A stretch of DNA of 64,000 nt from an uncultured Gammaproteobacteria bacterium (lineage in GTDB: Bacteria > Patescibacteriota > Patescibacteriia > Magasanikbacterales > UBA922). The notes under the pieces are model-generated. The model searched no databases, was not told where the DNA came from, and saw only the letters and a program-made list of their open reading frames with translations. The stretch is taken from the NCBI GenBank assembly GCA_964447765.1, contig CAYUTO010000003.1, positions 72,919-136,918 on the forward strand. Direction: 5' to 3'. A program made the translations under genes and the position numbers. This document shows positions 39,048-49,042 of the stretch, piece by piece; positions within the stretch are counted from its first letter, which is position 1; each line of letters opens with the position of its first letter.

Positions 39048-40168
39048 AATACGCGTTTGAACTAGGACACCAGCCGCACGTATCTGTTGCTGAAATTATC
39101 TCTGTCTGCAAGCGGTTATCGATTTCTTACGAAGAAATCAAAACTGCTGACTCTTTTTTTATTATCGAAGTCGAAGAGACACTTGATGCACAAGCGCTCA
39201 TACATATTCTTGGTGGCACGATTCGAATCGCACATGCTTTGGAAAAAAAGACTGATGATGTGCACACGATTGCAGAACATCTGGAACAAGTAACTGATGG
39301 AAAAATTCAATTTTCTATTTCTGGAATAAACCAAAAATCATTAGCACTTGAAGTAAAAAAATATTTGAAAAGTATTGGGCGCTCGGTAAGGTATATCGAA
39401 TCAAAGAATGCTGCGACCGTGATCCACAATAATTTAATTGAAAAAAAGGGAGATATTATCAAAGTAGGTACCGAATGGTATGTGACTGATGCAATTCAAG
39501 ACATCGAATCTTTTACTCGCCGTGATTACGAGCGTCCACGCACCGACAGTAGAAGCGGTATGATTCCACCCAAGCTTGCACGCATGATGGTAAATCTTAC
39601 CGAAGCTCCACTCAATTCTCACATTCTCGACCCATTTTGCGGATCAGGTACCGTACTTATTGAAGCACTCTCACTTGGATATTCTCACGTATCTGGATCA
39701 GACAATTCAGAAAAAGCCGTTGAAGATTCTATTGAAAATACCCGATGGTTTTTGAAAGATCACACACAAAAAAAAGTCGAGACTGTGGTACACCTCATAC
39801 CTGCGGAAAAATTGGAAAAAGTATTTAAGAAAAGTAGCGTTGACGCAATCGTGTCCGAACCATATATGGGAAAACCCTTGCACGGACATGAAAGCAAATT
39901 TGCACTTGAAACTCAGGCAGTGGAGTTGAAAATGTTATACCTCAGTAGTTTTGAATCTTTTAAACAAATCCTTTCACCTGACGGTGTTATTATCTTTATC
40001 ATTCCAGTATTCAAATCAGGTAAAGAGTGGGTGAAAACTAATACCCATATTGAAATAGAAAAACTTGGATTCAAAGTTGTTCCTTTTTCGGAAAAAAATA
40101 CTTCTCTCCTCTATTCTCGGGACAACCAATTTGTTGGTCGCGAAATTTGGAAATTCAAAAAAACTTGA
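39044..40168 (+). CDS. THUMP-domain RNA (guanine-N2)-methyltransferase-like SAM-dependent methyltransferase
   Basis: SAM-binding motif LDPFCGSGTVLIEA and NPPY-like SEPYMGK downstream; N-terminal THUMP-like region. Confidence 0.65.
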   Translation: MKYAFELGHQPHVSVAEIISVCKRLSISYEEIKTADSFFIIEVEETLDAQALIHILGGTIRIAHALEKKTDDVHTIAEHLEQVTDGKIQFSISGINQKSLALEVKKYLKSIGRSVRYIESKNAATVIHNNLIEKKGDIIKVGTEWYVTDAIQDIESFTRRDYERPRTDSRSGMIPPKLARMMVNLTEAPLNSHILDPFCGSGTVLIEALSLGYSHVSGSDNSEKAVEDSIENTRWFLKDHTQKKVETVVHLIPAEKLEKVFKKSSVDAIVSEPYMGKPLHGHESKFALETQAVELKMLYLSSFESFKQILSPDGVIIFIIPVFKSGKEWVKTNTHIEIEKLGFKVVPFSEKNTSLLYSRDNQFVGREIWKFKKT

Positions 40169-40233
40169 CAGTAGGTGCTGTTTTTGAGAATACTAGATAC
40201 CAGTGTTCGCTCTTTTGACAACGGAGAATTGCG

Positions 40234-40578
40234 ATGGCAGAAAAATCCAAGATAAAACGGCTTCGCATCGAAGCACTCATATGGGCACTGACGATCACAT
40301 TCGTGGTCGGCGGACTCATCATGATCACTGGCCACGAGAGAAATGCGATAGCACACGAACTCGGTAGACGGCCTGCAATCGGATATCCCGTTTATCGGGG
40401 TGAATACACCATCATGATCATGAACATGCACCTCGGCGAGGTCTATTGGTTCACCGACTGCCCTCGACTGAAGGATTTTACTCGGTATGAGGAAGTTGCG
40501 ATCTACGGCGATCACCGGAATCGCTGCCACGACTGGCGCACTCTCACCCCCTCGGAATATGACATCTCCAAGAAGTAA
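40234..40578 (+). CDS. Hypothetical membrane protein in GC-rich islet 1
   Basis: 114 aa with one TM. GC-rich codons. TTGACA-N17 promoter upstream at ~40172. Confidence 0.45.
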   Translation: MAEKSKIKRLRIEALIWALTITFVVGGLIMITGHERNAIAHELGRRPAIGYPVYRGEYTIMIMNMHLGEVYWFTDCPRLKDFTRYEEVAIYGDHRNRCHDWRTLTPSEYDISKK

Positions 40579-40797
40579 CTCTTATTCCCTTGGCATGTCG
40601 CGGTCGACTACACCAACCCACAAGTGAACACTACCATTCACCGCCTCATGCCTTTATTGGTCCGAAAAACTTCGGGACAGTAAAGGAGATCGAGGCGGTG
40701 TTTTGTTTTCCCACAAAATTATTGACAACCTCACCAAAACCTTTATACTATGCACTTGTCGAGCTACGTGCCGACCGTCACCAGGAGAAACATACAC

Positions 40798-41106
40798 ATG
40801 TCGAATCCGGCAGAACAAGAAGAAGAGATCAAGCTCGCCCCTCCAATCGAGTACACCGGCCACACAGTCCACCTCCATCGCAAACCCAGCAAGAAGGGTC
40901 CGAAGGTGTACACTGGCAAGATTCGCATCGCTGAGTTCCCTCAGACGATCGTCCTCTACTACGATGGACGCTCGAGCTGCTTTGAATCAGACAAGTGGCA
41001 GAAGATTCTCAAGGACAACCAACTCACGCTCGAGGCGACCGTGGAGCAGCCGCTCCACAGACCCGTCCGAGTGGACTTCTTCATCAACGACGCCAACGCG
41101 TCGTAG
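40798..41106 (+). CDS. Hypothetical protein in GC-rich islet 1
   Basis: Start at MSNPAEQEEE with a GGAGA RBS 8 nt upstream. Followed by the hairpin gctcgcaccc...gggtgcgagc. Confidence 0.45.
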   Translation: MSNPAEQEEEIKLAPPIEYTGHTVHLHRKPSKKGPKVYTGKIRIAEFPQTIVLYYDGRSSCFESDKWQKILKDNQLTLEATVEQPLHRPVRVDFFINDANAS

Positions 41107-41176
41107 CTTGCGCGCTCGCACCCCTGGACTTCGGTCGACGGGTGCGAGCATATCAATTCCCTATCAAGGAATTTTT

Positions 41177-41398
41177 TTATTTACTAATTTCTACGATTTT
41201 CTTCTTTCCGGTTTTACCTTTAAGAATTACGATAGACGATTTTGCAATATCAAAATATTCACTTAAAATTTTAATTAGCTGTTCATTCGCTTCACCATCA
41301 ACTGGAGATGCAGTGAGACGAACTTGATATTCTGTTTCTGAAATTTTTTTTATACCAGTTTTTGATGAACGGGGTTTAACGGTAATAGTAAGACGCAT
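41177..41398 (-). CDS. DUF167 (YggU-like) small protein
   Basis: MRLTITVKPRSSKTGI...VRLTASPVDGEANEQLIKILSEYF matches the DUF167/YggU pattern. Confidence 0.7.
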   Translation of the reverse strand: MRLTITVKPRSSKTGIKKISETEYQVRLTASPVDGEANEQLIKILSEYFDIAKSSIVILKGKTGKKKIVEISK

Positions 41399-41522
41399 AT
41401 TGTATTTCCCCTCCTTTCGTAATAAGGTATATACTATATCACACCTCGAGACTTCGGCAGACCCTTCCCTATAGGAGAGGAAAATATAAAAAACAGACAG
41501 CTTTCGCCATCTGTTTTATGTA

Positions 41523-42827
41523 TTATTCGTGCTTATGTTCAGGTCTTCCGGTTAATATTTTCTCATGAAGAAAATTGATTACTTTTCGATTCACGAGATA
41601 TACCCGTACTGAATCTTGCACTTCTGCTTTGGTGAGATTTTCAAGGTATTCAGGGTGGTCTTTGTATTCTTTCTTCATTTTTTCAATTTCTACTTTGAGC
41701 TCCTGATCATCTACGGTAAGATTCTCATCCTTGGCAATCTGGCGAGAAACGAGTGCAGCTTTTGCACGCTTCGTAGCTTGCTCAGTAAAATCTTTTTGAA
41801 TATCCTCTTCGCTTTTCTTCAAGTCTGCCAAATATTGATCAATCGTGATTCCATTTTTTTCAAGATCACGTTTCAATTCATAAAACATTTTCTTTCGCTC
41901 AGCCTCTATCAATACTTCAGGAATTTCTTCGAACTTTGATTTGTCGATAAGTGCATCAAACATTTCGATCTCAGCTACTTCATCAGCTTTATGCAGTGCT
42001 TCATGCTCCATGTTGCTCTGCAATAATTCACGAAGTTTGATGACACTTTCTTGTCCTACTTTTTTTGCAAATTCATCATTCACTTCGGGGAAGACTCGAG
42101 TATACACTTCTTTTACTTTTGTTTTGAAATGCCCCGTGTTTCCTGCAAGCATTTTGTTGTAATAGTCTTTTGGAAATGGAACATCAAATTCTTTTTCCTC
42201 ACCCTTGGTAACTCCGAGAAGCGCATCATTGAATCCAGGAATGTGCTGCTTTTCTGATAAATACACCTGGTAATCTTTTGCCTGCCCACCTTCGATAGGT
42301 ACTCCATCGAGAAGGAGATCCATATCGATTACCACTTTGTCTTCTATGGTTGCAGGACCTTCTTTTACTACTTCTACAGCCTGCATTTTGGTGAGGTTTT
42401 CAATCACTGCATCAATATCAGTTTCAGTTACAGGCTTTGCTTTGTGTTCTACTTTTATTTTGTCGAGTTTTGGAAGAGTCACTACAGGAAGAAGTGCCAC
42501 TACTGCTTTGTATACAAAATCATTGCCTGGAGCGATTTTTTCAATATTAATTTTTGGCATTCCGATGGTATCAAGTTTTGCCTCCATGACCGCATTATAG
42601 AATGTTTCCTGGAGAATACTCTCGAGAGCTTCATTCATCACGTGCATTTCACCAATTTCACGTTTTACCATATCAAAAGGAGCATGTCCTTTGCGGAAGC
42701 CTTTGATCGTAGTTCTATTTGAGATTCGCTCAGCTGCTTTTCGCAAGTGTTTTTCGTATTCAGCCGGGGTTACCGTAATCGTCATCTCGATTTCTGAGTT
42801 TTTGAGTTTTTTATGAGTGTGTTCCAT
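41523..42827 (-). CDS. tig: Trigger factor
   Basis: 434 aa. N-terminal ribosome-binding domain with the GFRKGHAPFDMV motif, a central FKBP-like region and a C-terminal helical arm. Confidence 0.9.
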   Translation of the reverse strand: MEHTHKKLKNSEIEMTITVTPAEYEKHLRKAAERISNRTTIKGFRKGHAPFDMVKREIGEMHVMNEALESILQETFYNAVMEAKLDTIGMPKINIEKIAPGNDFVYKAVVALLPVVTLPKLDKIKVEHKAKPVTETDIDAVIENLTKMQAVEVVKEGPATIEDKVVIDMDLLLDGVPIEGGQAKDYQVYLSEKQHIPGFNDALLGVTKGEEKEFDVPFPKDYYNKMLAGNTGHFKTKVKEVYTRVFPEVNDEFAKKVGQESVIKLRELLQSNMEHEALHKADEVAEIEMFDALIDKSKFEEIPEVLIEAERKKMFYELKRDLEKNGITIDQYLADLKKSEEDIQKDFTEQATKRAKAALVSRQIAKDENLTVDDQELKVEIEKMKKEYKDHPEYLENLTKAEVQDSVRVYLVNRKVINFLHEKILTGRPEHKHE

Positions 42828-42855
42828 AGAAAAAAATTATATCTAGAAGTTTCGA

Positions 42856-42884
42856 GATTATAGCGAAAAGGACGGTAATTGTCA
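42856..42884 (-). promoter_or_regulatory. Sigma70-type promoter of tig (TTGACA-N17-TATAAT)
   Basis: Minus strand reads ccTTTGACAattaccgtccttttcgcTATAATc. Confidence 0.55.
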
Positions 42885-43073
42885 AAGGTAAACAAAAAAC
42901 CACCTGTCGGTGGATCTTACATCATCTTTTTACTACTCAATACTTATTAAGTGGTTAAAAGATGTGGCGAGAAGAGGTGTAAAACTCAGCTCGCCGGGTT
43001 TGCCCTTGCCGGGACCAGCATTTTCCAATGATTCAAGCGTTACATTGGATCGCTTTTATTTTAAAATGAACAG

Positions 43074-43304
43074 TTACCAGTGAGCGCCGAGTCTTTTCCT
43101 CAGCTCTCTGGTCTTTATCAGGTCGAGAGCTCCGACCCCTCCCCAAAAGGTGAGGAAGCACGAGACCTTCACGCCCGTAGTGAGGAATACCACGCCCCAC
43201 CCGTTCAGTTGAATCTCCTCTCCAACCGCCAAGATTGCAGAGGAGAACGACGCGAGTACGATCAAGGCTCTGGCCAAGAATGTCATCCACTGACGAAAAT
43301 CCAC
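43074..43304 (-). CDS. Small membrane protein in GC-rich islet 2
   Basis: 76 aa with two hydrophobic segments; overlapping alternative frames exist. Confidence 0.3.
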   Translation of the reverse strand: MDFRQWMTFLARALIVLASFSSAILAVGEEIQLNGWGVVFLTTGVKVSCFLTFWGGVGALDLIKTRELRKRLGAHW

Positions 43305-43358
43305 TCTACCTCCGTTGGACTTGCCTGAACCGAAGTTCAGGACTTTTTTCTGACCTTC

Positions 43359-43670
43359 TTATCCCAGAAGCCCTCTTTTCCGTAAATCAGACACCACCGG
43401 GGCCATCAGAGAGAGCAGCTCTGGGTCTTTCAAGACCTTGGTGGCGCAGTCTCCTGAACTCATCTCACCCGCATCCATTGCTTCGAAAAGCTTCATCAGC
43501 CTGGTGAGCTTCATCATCAATGCTGCAAGTTCAGGGTCATCCTGAAAAGCAACTTCGATTTCCTCCTTAGTCAAGGTCCCTTTCTTGGCTTTTACAAACC
43601 AGGAATGGAGCTTCGCCAGGTGAGGATCACTCTGCCTTTTATATATAAACCGTCGACGCGGCGTACCCAT
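43359..43670 (-). CDS. Hypothetical protein in GC-rich islet 2
   Basis: Start at MGTPRRR. Driven by the repeat-borne promoter at 43821-43849. Confidence 0.45.
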   Translation of the reverse strand: MGTPRRRFIYKRQSDPHLAKLHSWFVKAKKGTLTKEEIEVAFQDDPELAALMMKLTRLMKLFEAMDAGEMSSGDCATKVLKDPELLSLMAPVVSDLRKRGLLG

Positions 43671-43800
43671 GTGCCTTCCTTTTCTACCAAGCCGAAGCTT
43701 GTTGGTTTTAGTAGGGTGAGAAATTCTCAACCCTCATTTCTAATTATTTAGCTAAAATAAGCAAAAATGAGGACTAAGTAGGTATAATCGCGATATGTAA

Positions 43801-43887
43801 ACGACGATCTGGAACAATAGACTATACCATAATTTAGCAATTTTGTCAAGCCTTTTGGGGTATATTTTGGCTCAATGTAGCAAAATT
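43801..43887 (-). repeat. ~87-bp direct repeat copy A carrying a consensus promoter (TTGACA-N17-TATAGT)
   Basis: Near-identical to 44628-44711. Minus strand reads cTTGACAaaattgctaaattatggTATAGTctattgttccagatcgtc. Confidence 0.75.
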
Positions 43888-43999
43888 TGTACGTTCTTTT
43901 GCACTATAAAAATGAAAGACCCGCATCGTGTGATGCGGGGTTGCTCGGAAATCGAGCGAAGGATCAAGGGAACTTCCCAAGATCCCGAGAATTCAAGTG

Positions 44000-44461
44000 C
44001 TACTTGCGGCGGAGCATCCGGCTTCGGACGCTCCGTTGGGGCACGAGCCACTCCCAGTCCTGCACCCACCGGTCGCCGTTCCAGACGACATAGGCGACAC
44101 GGCCTTGATCGTCAGGATGACGCCAGTCAGTGAAGACGAAGTTGACCTTGCCACGGAGAACAGCAGGGATGTCATCCTGATACTTCAGGATATGCTCACC
44201 ATCCTCCTGTCCGAGATGAGCCGAGAGGTTCTTCGCCTGATCGACCATCGTCGACTTCTGTCTTCCCCTGCGGAAGCCGAGGATGTCGTAGGTGCGAGCA
44301 CCCACAGTCATCGTGGTCGGGATGACCCTATCCTTGATGAGATTCTCCTCGAAGAACTTGTTGGGGTTCTCGAGGAAGCTCTGGAAGTTCTCAGCCGTGA
44401 TCTTCCCCTCGCCAACGAGGACGAAGAAGTGCTGCATCTGCGGGAACGTCGGGTTGCTCAT
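44000..44461 (-). CDS. Hypothetical protein in GC-rich islet 2
   Basis: 153 aa, W-rich C-terminal region (VVWNGDRWVQDWEWL). Hairpin terminator downstream (gacccgcatcgtgtgatgcggg). Confidence 0.5.
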   Translation of the reverse strand: MSNPTFPQMQHFFVLVGEGKITAENFQSFLENPNKFFEENLIKDRVIPTTMTVGARTYDILGFRRGRQKSTMVDQAKNLSAHLGQEDGEHILKYQDDIPAVLRGKVNFVFTDWRHPDDQGRVAYVVWNGDRWVQDWEWLVPQRSVRSRMLRRK

Positions 44462-44627
44462 GCATTATCTCCTATGGCCCACTGGCAGTCAGTAAACGTC
44501 TCGGCACCGTGCCTACTGCGCTTCTGATACACCGTTGTGGGTCTATGAAGGAAGGGGAATTCCCAGCCTTCGTTTCTGGTTATTTGGCTTAAATAAACAA
44601 AAATGAAGGCTGGAATGTTATATAAAG

Positions 44628-44711
44628 GACGATCTGGAACAATAGACTATACCATAATTTAGCAATTTTGTCAAGCCTTTTGGGGTATATTTTGGCTCAA
44701 TGTAGCAAAAT
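44628..44711 (-). repeat. ~87-bp direct repeat copy B carrying the same consensus promoter
   Basis: ggacgatctggaacaatagactataccataatttagcaattttgtcaagccttttggggtatattttggctcaatgtagcaaaat. Confidence 0.75.
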
Positions 44712-44813
44712 ACCTATAAAAATGAAAAGCCCCGCATGTATAGCGGGGTGACCAATTTTGCGCTGACGACATGTCGAGCGCTCAGGGATCGTGAATCGAC
44801 CAAGGGAACACCC

Positions 44814-45362
44814 CTAGATCTTAAGTTCCAGCGTGACTTGGGCAGTTACGCTTACGCAACCCGCCTCATTTCTAGTCTGCACAGTACACGTCAGATTAGG
44901 AGCAACCGCAGGTGGCTCCTTCTCTTTTACCTCAGTAGCCGGGACCGAGACGAGCCTGTGTGCCTCTTCCAGCGAAGTTGCTGCCTGTTTCATGTAGGCG
45001 AACCGGGTCTTTACCGGCCCGACAATCTTATGCACATGATTCGCCGTATCGAGCAAAATGAGACACCACATTTTATCGATACCACGACTCTCATGCACTA
45101 TATTAGGATCGTCTCTGGTGACGGAGGCAGTGTACCAACGAATACCACCCGAGTCGTCGTATCTAATTCCGACGACTCGAAAGGCCCCCGGTATACGCTC
45201 ATGCTTTTCTCTACGAATCTCATATGAAACTTCCCCGATCATACCAGGGAAGTCTTTCTTCAACTTCGCCTCGAGTTCTTTAAGCCTCATCCTCATTTCT
45301 TCTTGTGTGGGTATTTTTTCTTCCACTTTGTCTTTTTTTGGTACTGATTTCGGGGATTTCAT
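44814..45362 (-). CDS. Hypothetical protein in GC-rich islet 2
   Basis: Start at MKSPKSV. Promoter-like ggTTGACAaattataataaatttgtTAGATT upstream at ~45400-45440. Confidence 0.45.
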   Translation of the reverse strand: MKSPKSVPKKDKVEEKIPTQEEMRMRLKELEAKLKKDFPGMIGEVSYEIRREKHERIPGAFRVVGIRYDDSGGIRWYTASVTRDDPNIVHESRGIDKMWCLILLDTANHVHKIVGPVKTRFAYMKQAATSLEEAHRLVSVPATEVKEKEPPAVAPNLTCTVQTRNEAGCVSVTAQVTLELKI

Positions 45363-45528
45363 CGGCAACTCCAGATTTTGTGGGTGTACTTGGAAAAGAG
45401 CGATAGATGAATCTAACAAATTTATTATAATTTGTCAACCCTTTTGCCTAAAATTAGCCTTTTTATATCTTTTTTCGTATATATTGTATATTCTTTATGT
45501 GCTACAATAATTCCAAACTAACTCCTTT

Positions 45529-48213
45529 ATGCCTACCAAAAACAAAACAGTCGTTATAATTGATGGAAACGCTATAATCCATCGCGCTTACCACGCTCTT
45601 CCTCCACTCACTGCTCCAGATGGAACGCTCGTAAATGCGGTGTATGGATTTGCGTCTATGCTCCTCAAAGTGATGGCAGATCTCAAGCCTGACTACCTCG
45701 TCACCACCTTTGATGTGGCCGGCGGTACTTTTCGCGATGAAATCTATACTGAATACAAAGCCACTCGGGTAAAAACTGACCAGGCACTCTATGACCAGAT
45801 TCCACTGGTTCACGAACTCGTCAAAGGTTTTAATGTACCGATTTATACCAAAACTGGATTTGAGGCAGATGACCTGATCGGAACGCTTGCAAAAAAGATT
45901 ACTGAAAAACATTCTGATATTACCTGTATTATCGTGACTGGTGACAAAGATTTGCTCCAGCTCGTAGACAATAATAAAATCGAGGTGTACCTCCTCCGAA
46001 AAGGAATGTCAGATTTTGAATTATTCAACGAAGCTCATGTGCAGGAAAAATTTGGATTCTCGCCGATACAGATGATTGATTACAAATCTCTTCGTGGTGA
46101 CACCTCTGATAATATTCCTGGGGTCAAAGGCATTGGAGAAAAAACTGCCACCGAATTGCTTACCAATTTTGGAACACTCGAAAAAATTTACGATGCTCTG
46201 AAAAATGAAGACAAAAAAATATCTGCAAGTGTGCAAAAAAAATTAACCGAAGGATATGAGTCAGCATTGATGAGCAAAAAACTTGCGACGATTGATACCG
46301 ATGTACCTGATATCGATTACTCGCTTCCCGAAATGCAAACAACTTCATACAAAAGAGAAGAGGTAATTGAATTATTCAAAAAATTTGGTTTTTACTCGCT
46401 CGTAAAACGTGTGTCTGGCGGTGCCGATGCTGTCGAGGAAAAAACTACGAATCCCAAAAAGAAAGAAAAGAAAATGAAAGTTGGCGAAGTAATTATTGTT
46501 GATACCAAAAACATTTCAGAGCTTAGTACACTTATACAAAAATACAAAGTCTGCGCATGTCGACCTTGTTTCCAGAATGAAAATGGAAATATCATCACCT
46601 CAACATGCACTGGAATTGTATGCGTTATTGCCGACACATCATGGATGATTCCGCTTTCAATGCTTGAAAAACTTCCCTTTAATTCAAAAGACATTACCAT
46701 TGTCGGGCATGATGTAAAACAATTTGTAAAACTGTACACGCATGTAGGAGTCGAATTTAAAGCGCGGTTATTTGATGTCATGATTGCATCGTATTTACTG
46801 AATTCGAGCACTCGTGCACACGACATGGAGTCAATCGCGATTCGAGAATTAGGAATTGAATTACCAAATACTGATCAATCATCGCTATTCGGCATTGACC
46901 CAAAAATTATTGCAACAGAGCTTGCAGCCACGCTCAAAGTATCAGAGAAATACGAAAAACAATTAGTGAGTGAATCAGAGAAGGGATTATTTGAAGACAT
47001 TGAAATGGCTTTGATCCCTGTGCTTGCACACATGGAGCTCGCGGGAGTTGCAATTGATATCCCACTCTTGGGACACCTATCAGTAAAAATCGCTAAGACT
47101 ATTAAGGAACTAGAAAAAAATATCTGGAAAGAAGCAGGGAAAGAATTCAATGTCTCGTCTTCCACCCAACTTCGGGATATTTTATTTGTTGATTTAGGTC
47201 TTCCGACTGACATGATCAAAAAAGGCAAAACGGGTTACTCGACTGCAGCAAGCGAGCTTGAAAAACTGAGAGAACTACATTCTATTATTCCTTTTATCGA
47301 AGAATACCGTGAAGTTGAAAAGCTCAGAAATACCTATATTGATGTATTACCGACTTTGATTAATCAGAAAACTGGTCGAATTCACACAACATTTAATCAG
47401 GCAATTGCAGCTACAGGACGACTCTCAAGTATTGACCCGAATTTGCAAAATATTCCAATTAGAACTGAATTAGGGAAAGACGTACGCAAAGCATTTATTG
47501 CGGACAAAGGAAATAAACTGATTTCAGCTGATTACTCACAAATTGAATTGCGTATTGTTGCCTCACTTGCGAATGATCTAAAAATGATTGAGATATTTAA
47601 AAAAGGTGAAGATATTCATACCGCGACCGCAGCTGCAATTCACAATATTCCACTTGATAAAGTTACCAAGGATATTCGACGATCTGCAAAAGAAGTTAAC
47701 TTTGGAGTTCTCTATGGCATGGGATCATTTGGTCTTTCGTCTCGCACAGGAATTTCTCACGCAGAAGCAAAAGAATTTATCCAAAAATATTTTGATACGT
47801 TTGCAGGGGTAAAGAAATATATGGATGACACACTGGAACGTGCAAAAGAAACCGGATATGTAGAAACACTATTTGGTCGCAAACGTTATGTACCAGAATT
47901 ACAATCACCTAATAGACAAATCCAGGCAGCAGGTGAACGCATGGCAATCAACATGCCGATCCAAGGAACCGCAGCTGATATTATGAAGATGGCGATGATT
48001 GCAGTGTACCACGCACTTAAAAAAGAAAAGTTACTTGATTCACACGCTCGAATGACTCTACAGATACACGATGAATTGGTTCTTGAGGTTGAAGAAAAAT
48101 ATGCCGAAGCGGTTGCTCTGATAGTAAAAACGGAAATGCAAAATGTTGCGAAACTCAAAGTACCGATTGATGTAGGAGTAGAGATTGGCGATCGGTGGGG
48201 GGAGATGAAGTAG
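45529..48213 (+). CDS. polA: DNA polymerase I
   Basis: N-terminal 5'-3' exonuclease (VIIDGNAIIHRAYHA). Central exonuclease-like domain. C-terminal family-A polymerase motifs (DYSQIELR, RRSAKEVNFGVLYGMG, QIHDELV). Confidence 0.9.
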   Translation: MPTKNKTVVIIDGNAIIHRAYHALPPLTAPDGTLVNAVYGFASMLLKVMADLKPDYLVTTFDVAGGTFRDEIYTEYKATRVKTDQALYDQIPLVHELVKGFNVPIYTKTGFEADDLIGTLAKKITEKHSDITCIIVTGDKDLLQLVDNNKIEVYLLRKGMSDFELFNEAHVQEKFGFSPIQMIDYKSLRGDTSDNIPGVKGIGEKTATELLTNFGTLEKIYDALKNEDKKISASVQKKLTEGYESALMSKKLATIDTDVPDIDYSLPEMQTTSYKREEVIELFKKFGFYSLVKRVSGGADAVEEKTTNPKKKEKKMKVGEVIIVDTKNISELSTLIQKYKVCACRPCFQNENGNIITSTCTGIVCVIADTSWMIPLSMLEKLPFNSKDITIVGHDVKQFVKLYTHVGVEFKARLFDVMIASYLLNSSTRAHDMESIAIRELGIELPNTDQSSLFGIDPKIIATELAATLKVSEKYEKQLVSESEKGLFEDIEMALIPVLAHMELAGVAIDIPLLGHLSVKIAKTIKELEKNIWKEAGKEFNVSSSTQLRDILFVDLGLPTDMIKKGKTGYSTAASELEKLRELHSIIPFIEEYREVEKLRNTYIDVLPTLINQKTGRIHTTFNQAIAATGRLSSIDPNLQNIPIRTELGKDVRKAFIADKGNKLISADYSQIELRIVASLANDLKMIEIFKKGEDIHTATAAAIHNIPLDKVTKDIRRSAKEVNFGVLYGMGSFGLSSRTGISHAEAKEFIQKYFDTFAGVKKYMDDTLERAKETGYVETLFGRKRYVPELQSPNRQIQAAGERMAINMPIQGTAADIMKMAMIAVYHALKKEKLLDSHARMTLQIHDELVLEVEEKYAEAVALIVKTEMQNVAKLKVPIDVGVEIGDRWGEMK

Positions 48214-48294
48214 AGTCGAAAGTCCATAAAGTAAAAAGTCGAAAGGTTATTTGTATTTTATTTTCGACTTTTTAGACTTTGTGACTTTCGACTA
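48214..48294. repeat. Intergenic palindromic repeat, family R1
   Basis: agtcgaaagtccataaagtaaaaagtcgaaag ... tttcgactttttagactttgtgactttcgact. Confidence 0.75.
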
Positions 48295-48358
48295 AAAAAG
48301 AATAGCCAGGGTACATGAAAGCGCGAATGCGCCGTCAGTGTCCCTGGCGATGATAGGC

Positions 48359-48793
48359 TCAGATTGTCGGTCGATACTTCCGGAAAATATCGGCAAAGAA
48401 CTTCTCCGCCGACACCCCTTTCAGTTCGACCATCCGAACCCCGAGTACCTCGGCTTCGTGCCTCTCCTTTTCCCGCCTTTCGGGATTGAGTTCTTCGAAG
48501 CTGGTTACCACCACAACCTCTTTCTTGTGACCATTGAGGTCTTTGAGGATCCGGCGGACCAGAAGCCATGACTGCTCTCGTGTTGCGCATGCCTGCTCGA
48601 CGTCTCCGACGTAGACGTACAGCGCATCAGCCCGGATGAGTTCGTGACGATTGAAATTCCTGTAGATGAGCTCAGGAGCATCCCATTCACCAGGTTTTCT
48701 TTCGTACGAATGCACCACAAGCGTGTCGTTGTGCCGTTTGTACTGTTTATGCCCTGCCGGTACTTCCGGTACAGTCCCGAATGTCACTATCAT
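48359..48793 (-). CDS. Hypothetical protein in GC-rich islet 3
   Basis: ~145 aa (MIVTFGTVPEVPAG ... VVVVTSFEELNPERRE), alpha/beta-like. GC-rich codons. No motif recognised. Confidence 0.45.
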   Translation of the reverse strand: MIVTFGTVPEVPAGHKQYKRHNDTLVVHSYERKPGEWDAPELIYRNFNRHELIRADALYVYVGDVEQACATREQSWLLVRRILKDLNGHKKEVVVVTSFEELNPERREKERHEAEVLGVRMVELKGVSAEKFFADIFRKYRPTI

Positions 48794-49042
48794 CTCGAAC
48801 ACTTATGCCCTCGTTTCTCATGCCTGCGCCAGGAAAGCACCTGCTCGTTGGAACAATAGTCCACCGAACCTTTGTTCCTTATCCTGTGACACACATGAGT
48901 CTACGCCCACTCCTCCTTATGCCAGTAGGCTGTAATTTGACTATAACACATGTAAGATTAAAAGTTAAAAGTAAAAAGATAGTGCAAATACAAAAAAATA
49001 CACGAAATTTTTCTCTCGTGTATTTTTTTGCCTTTTGCGCTT

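Noticed and set aside
43033-43328. Three mutually overlapping small ORFs on both strands in GC-rich islet 2
   Set aside because: High-GC DNA produces long spurious ORFs. Only the membrane-like 43074-43304 frame is kept, and at low confidence.
43887-44527. Plus-strand ORFs (43997-44527, 43843-44133 and others) antisense to the 44000-44461 gene
   Set aside because: The minus-strand gene has its own promoter, leader and terminator. The antisense frames are GC-driven shadow ORFs.
40200-45500. Interpretation of the GC-rich islets as synthetic or engineered because of perfect TTGACA-N17-TATAAT promoters
   Set aside because: The native tig gene in the same region also has a perfect TTGACA-N17-TATAAT promoter, so consensus promoters are a property of this genome rather than evidence of engineering.
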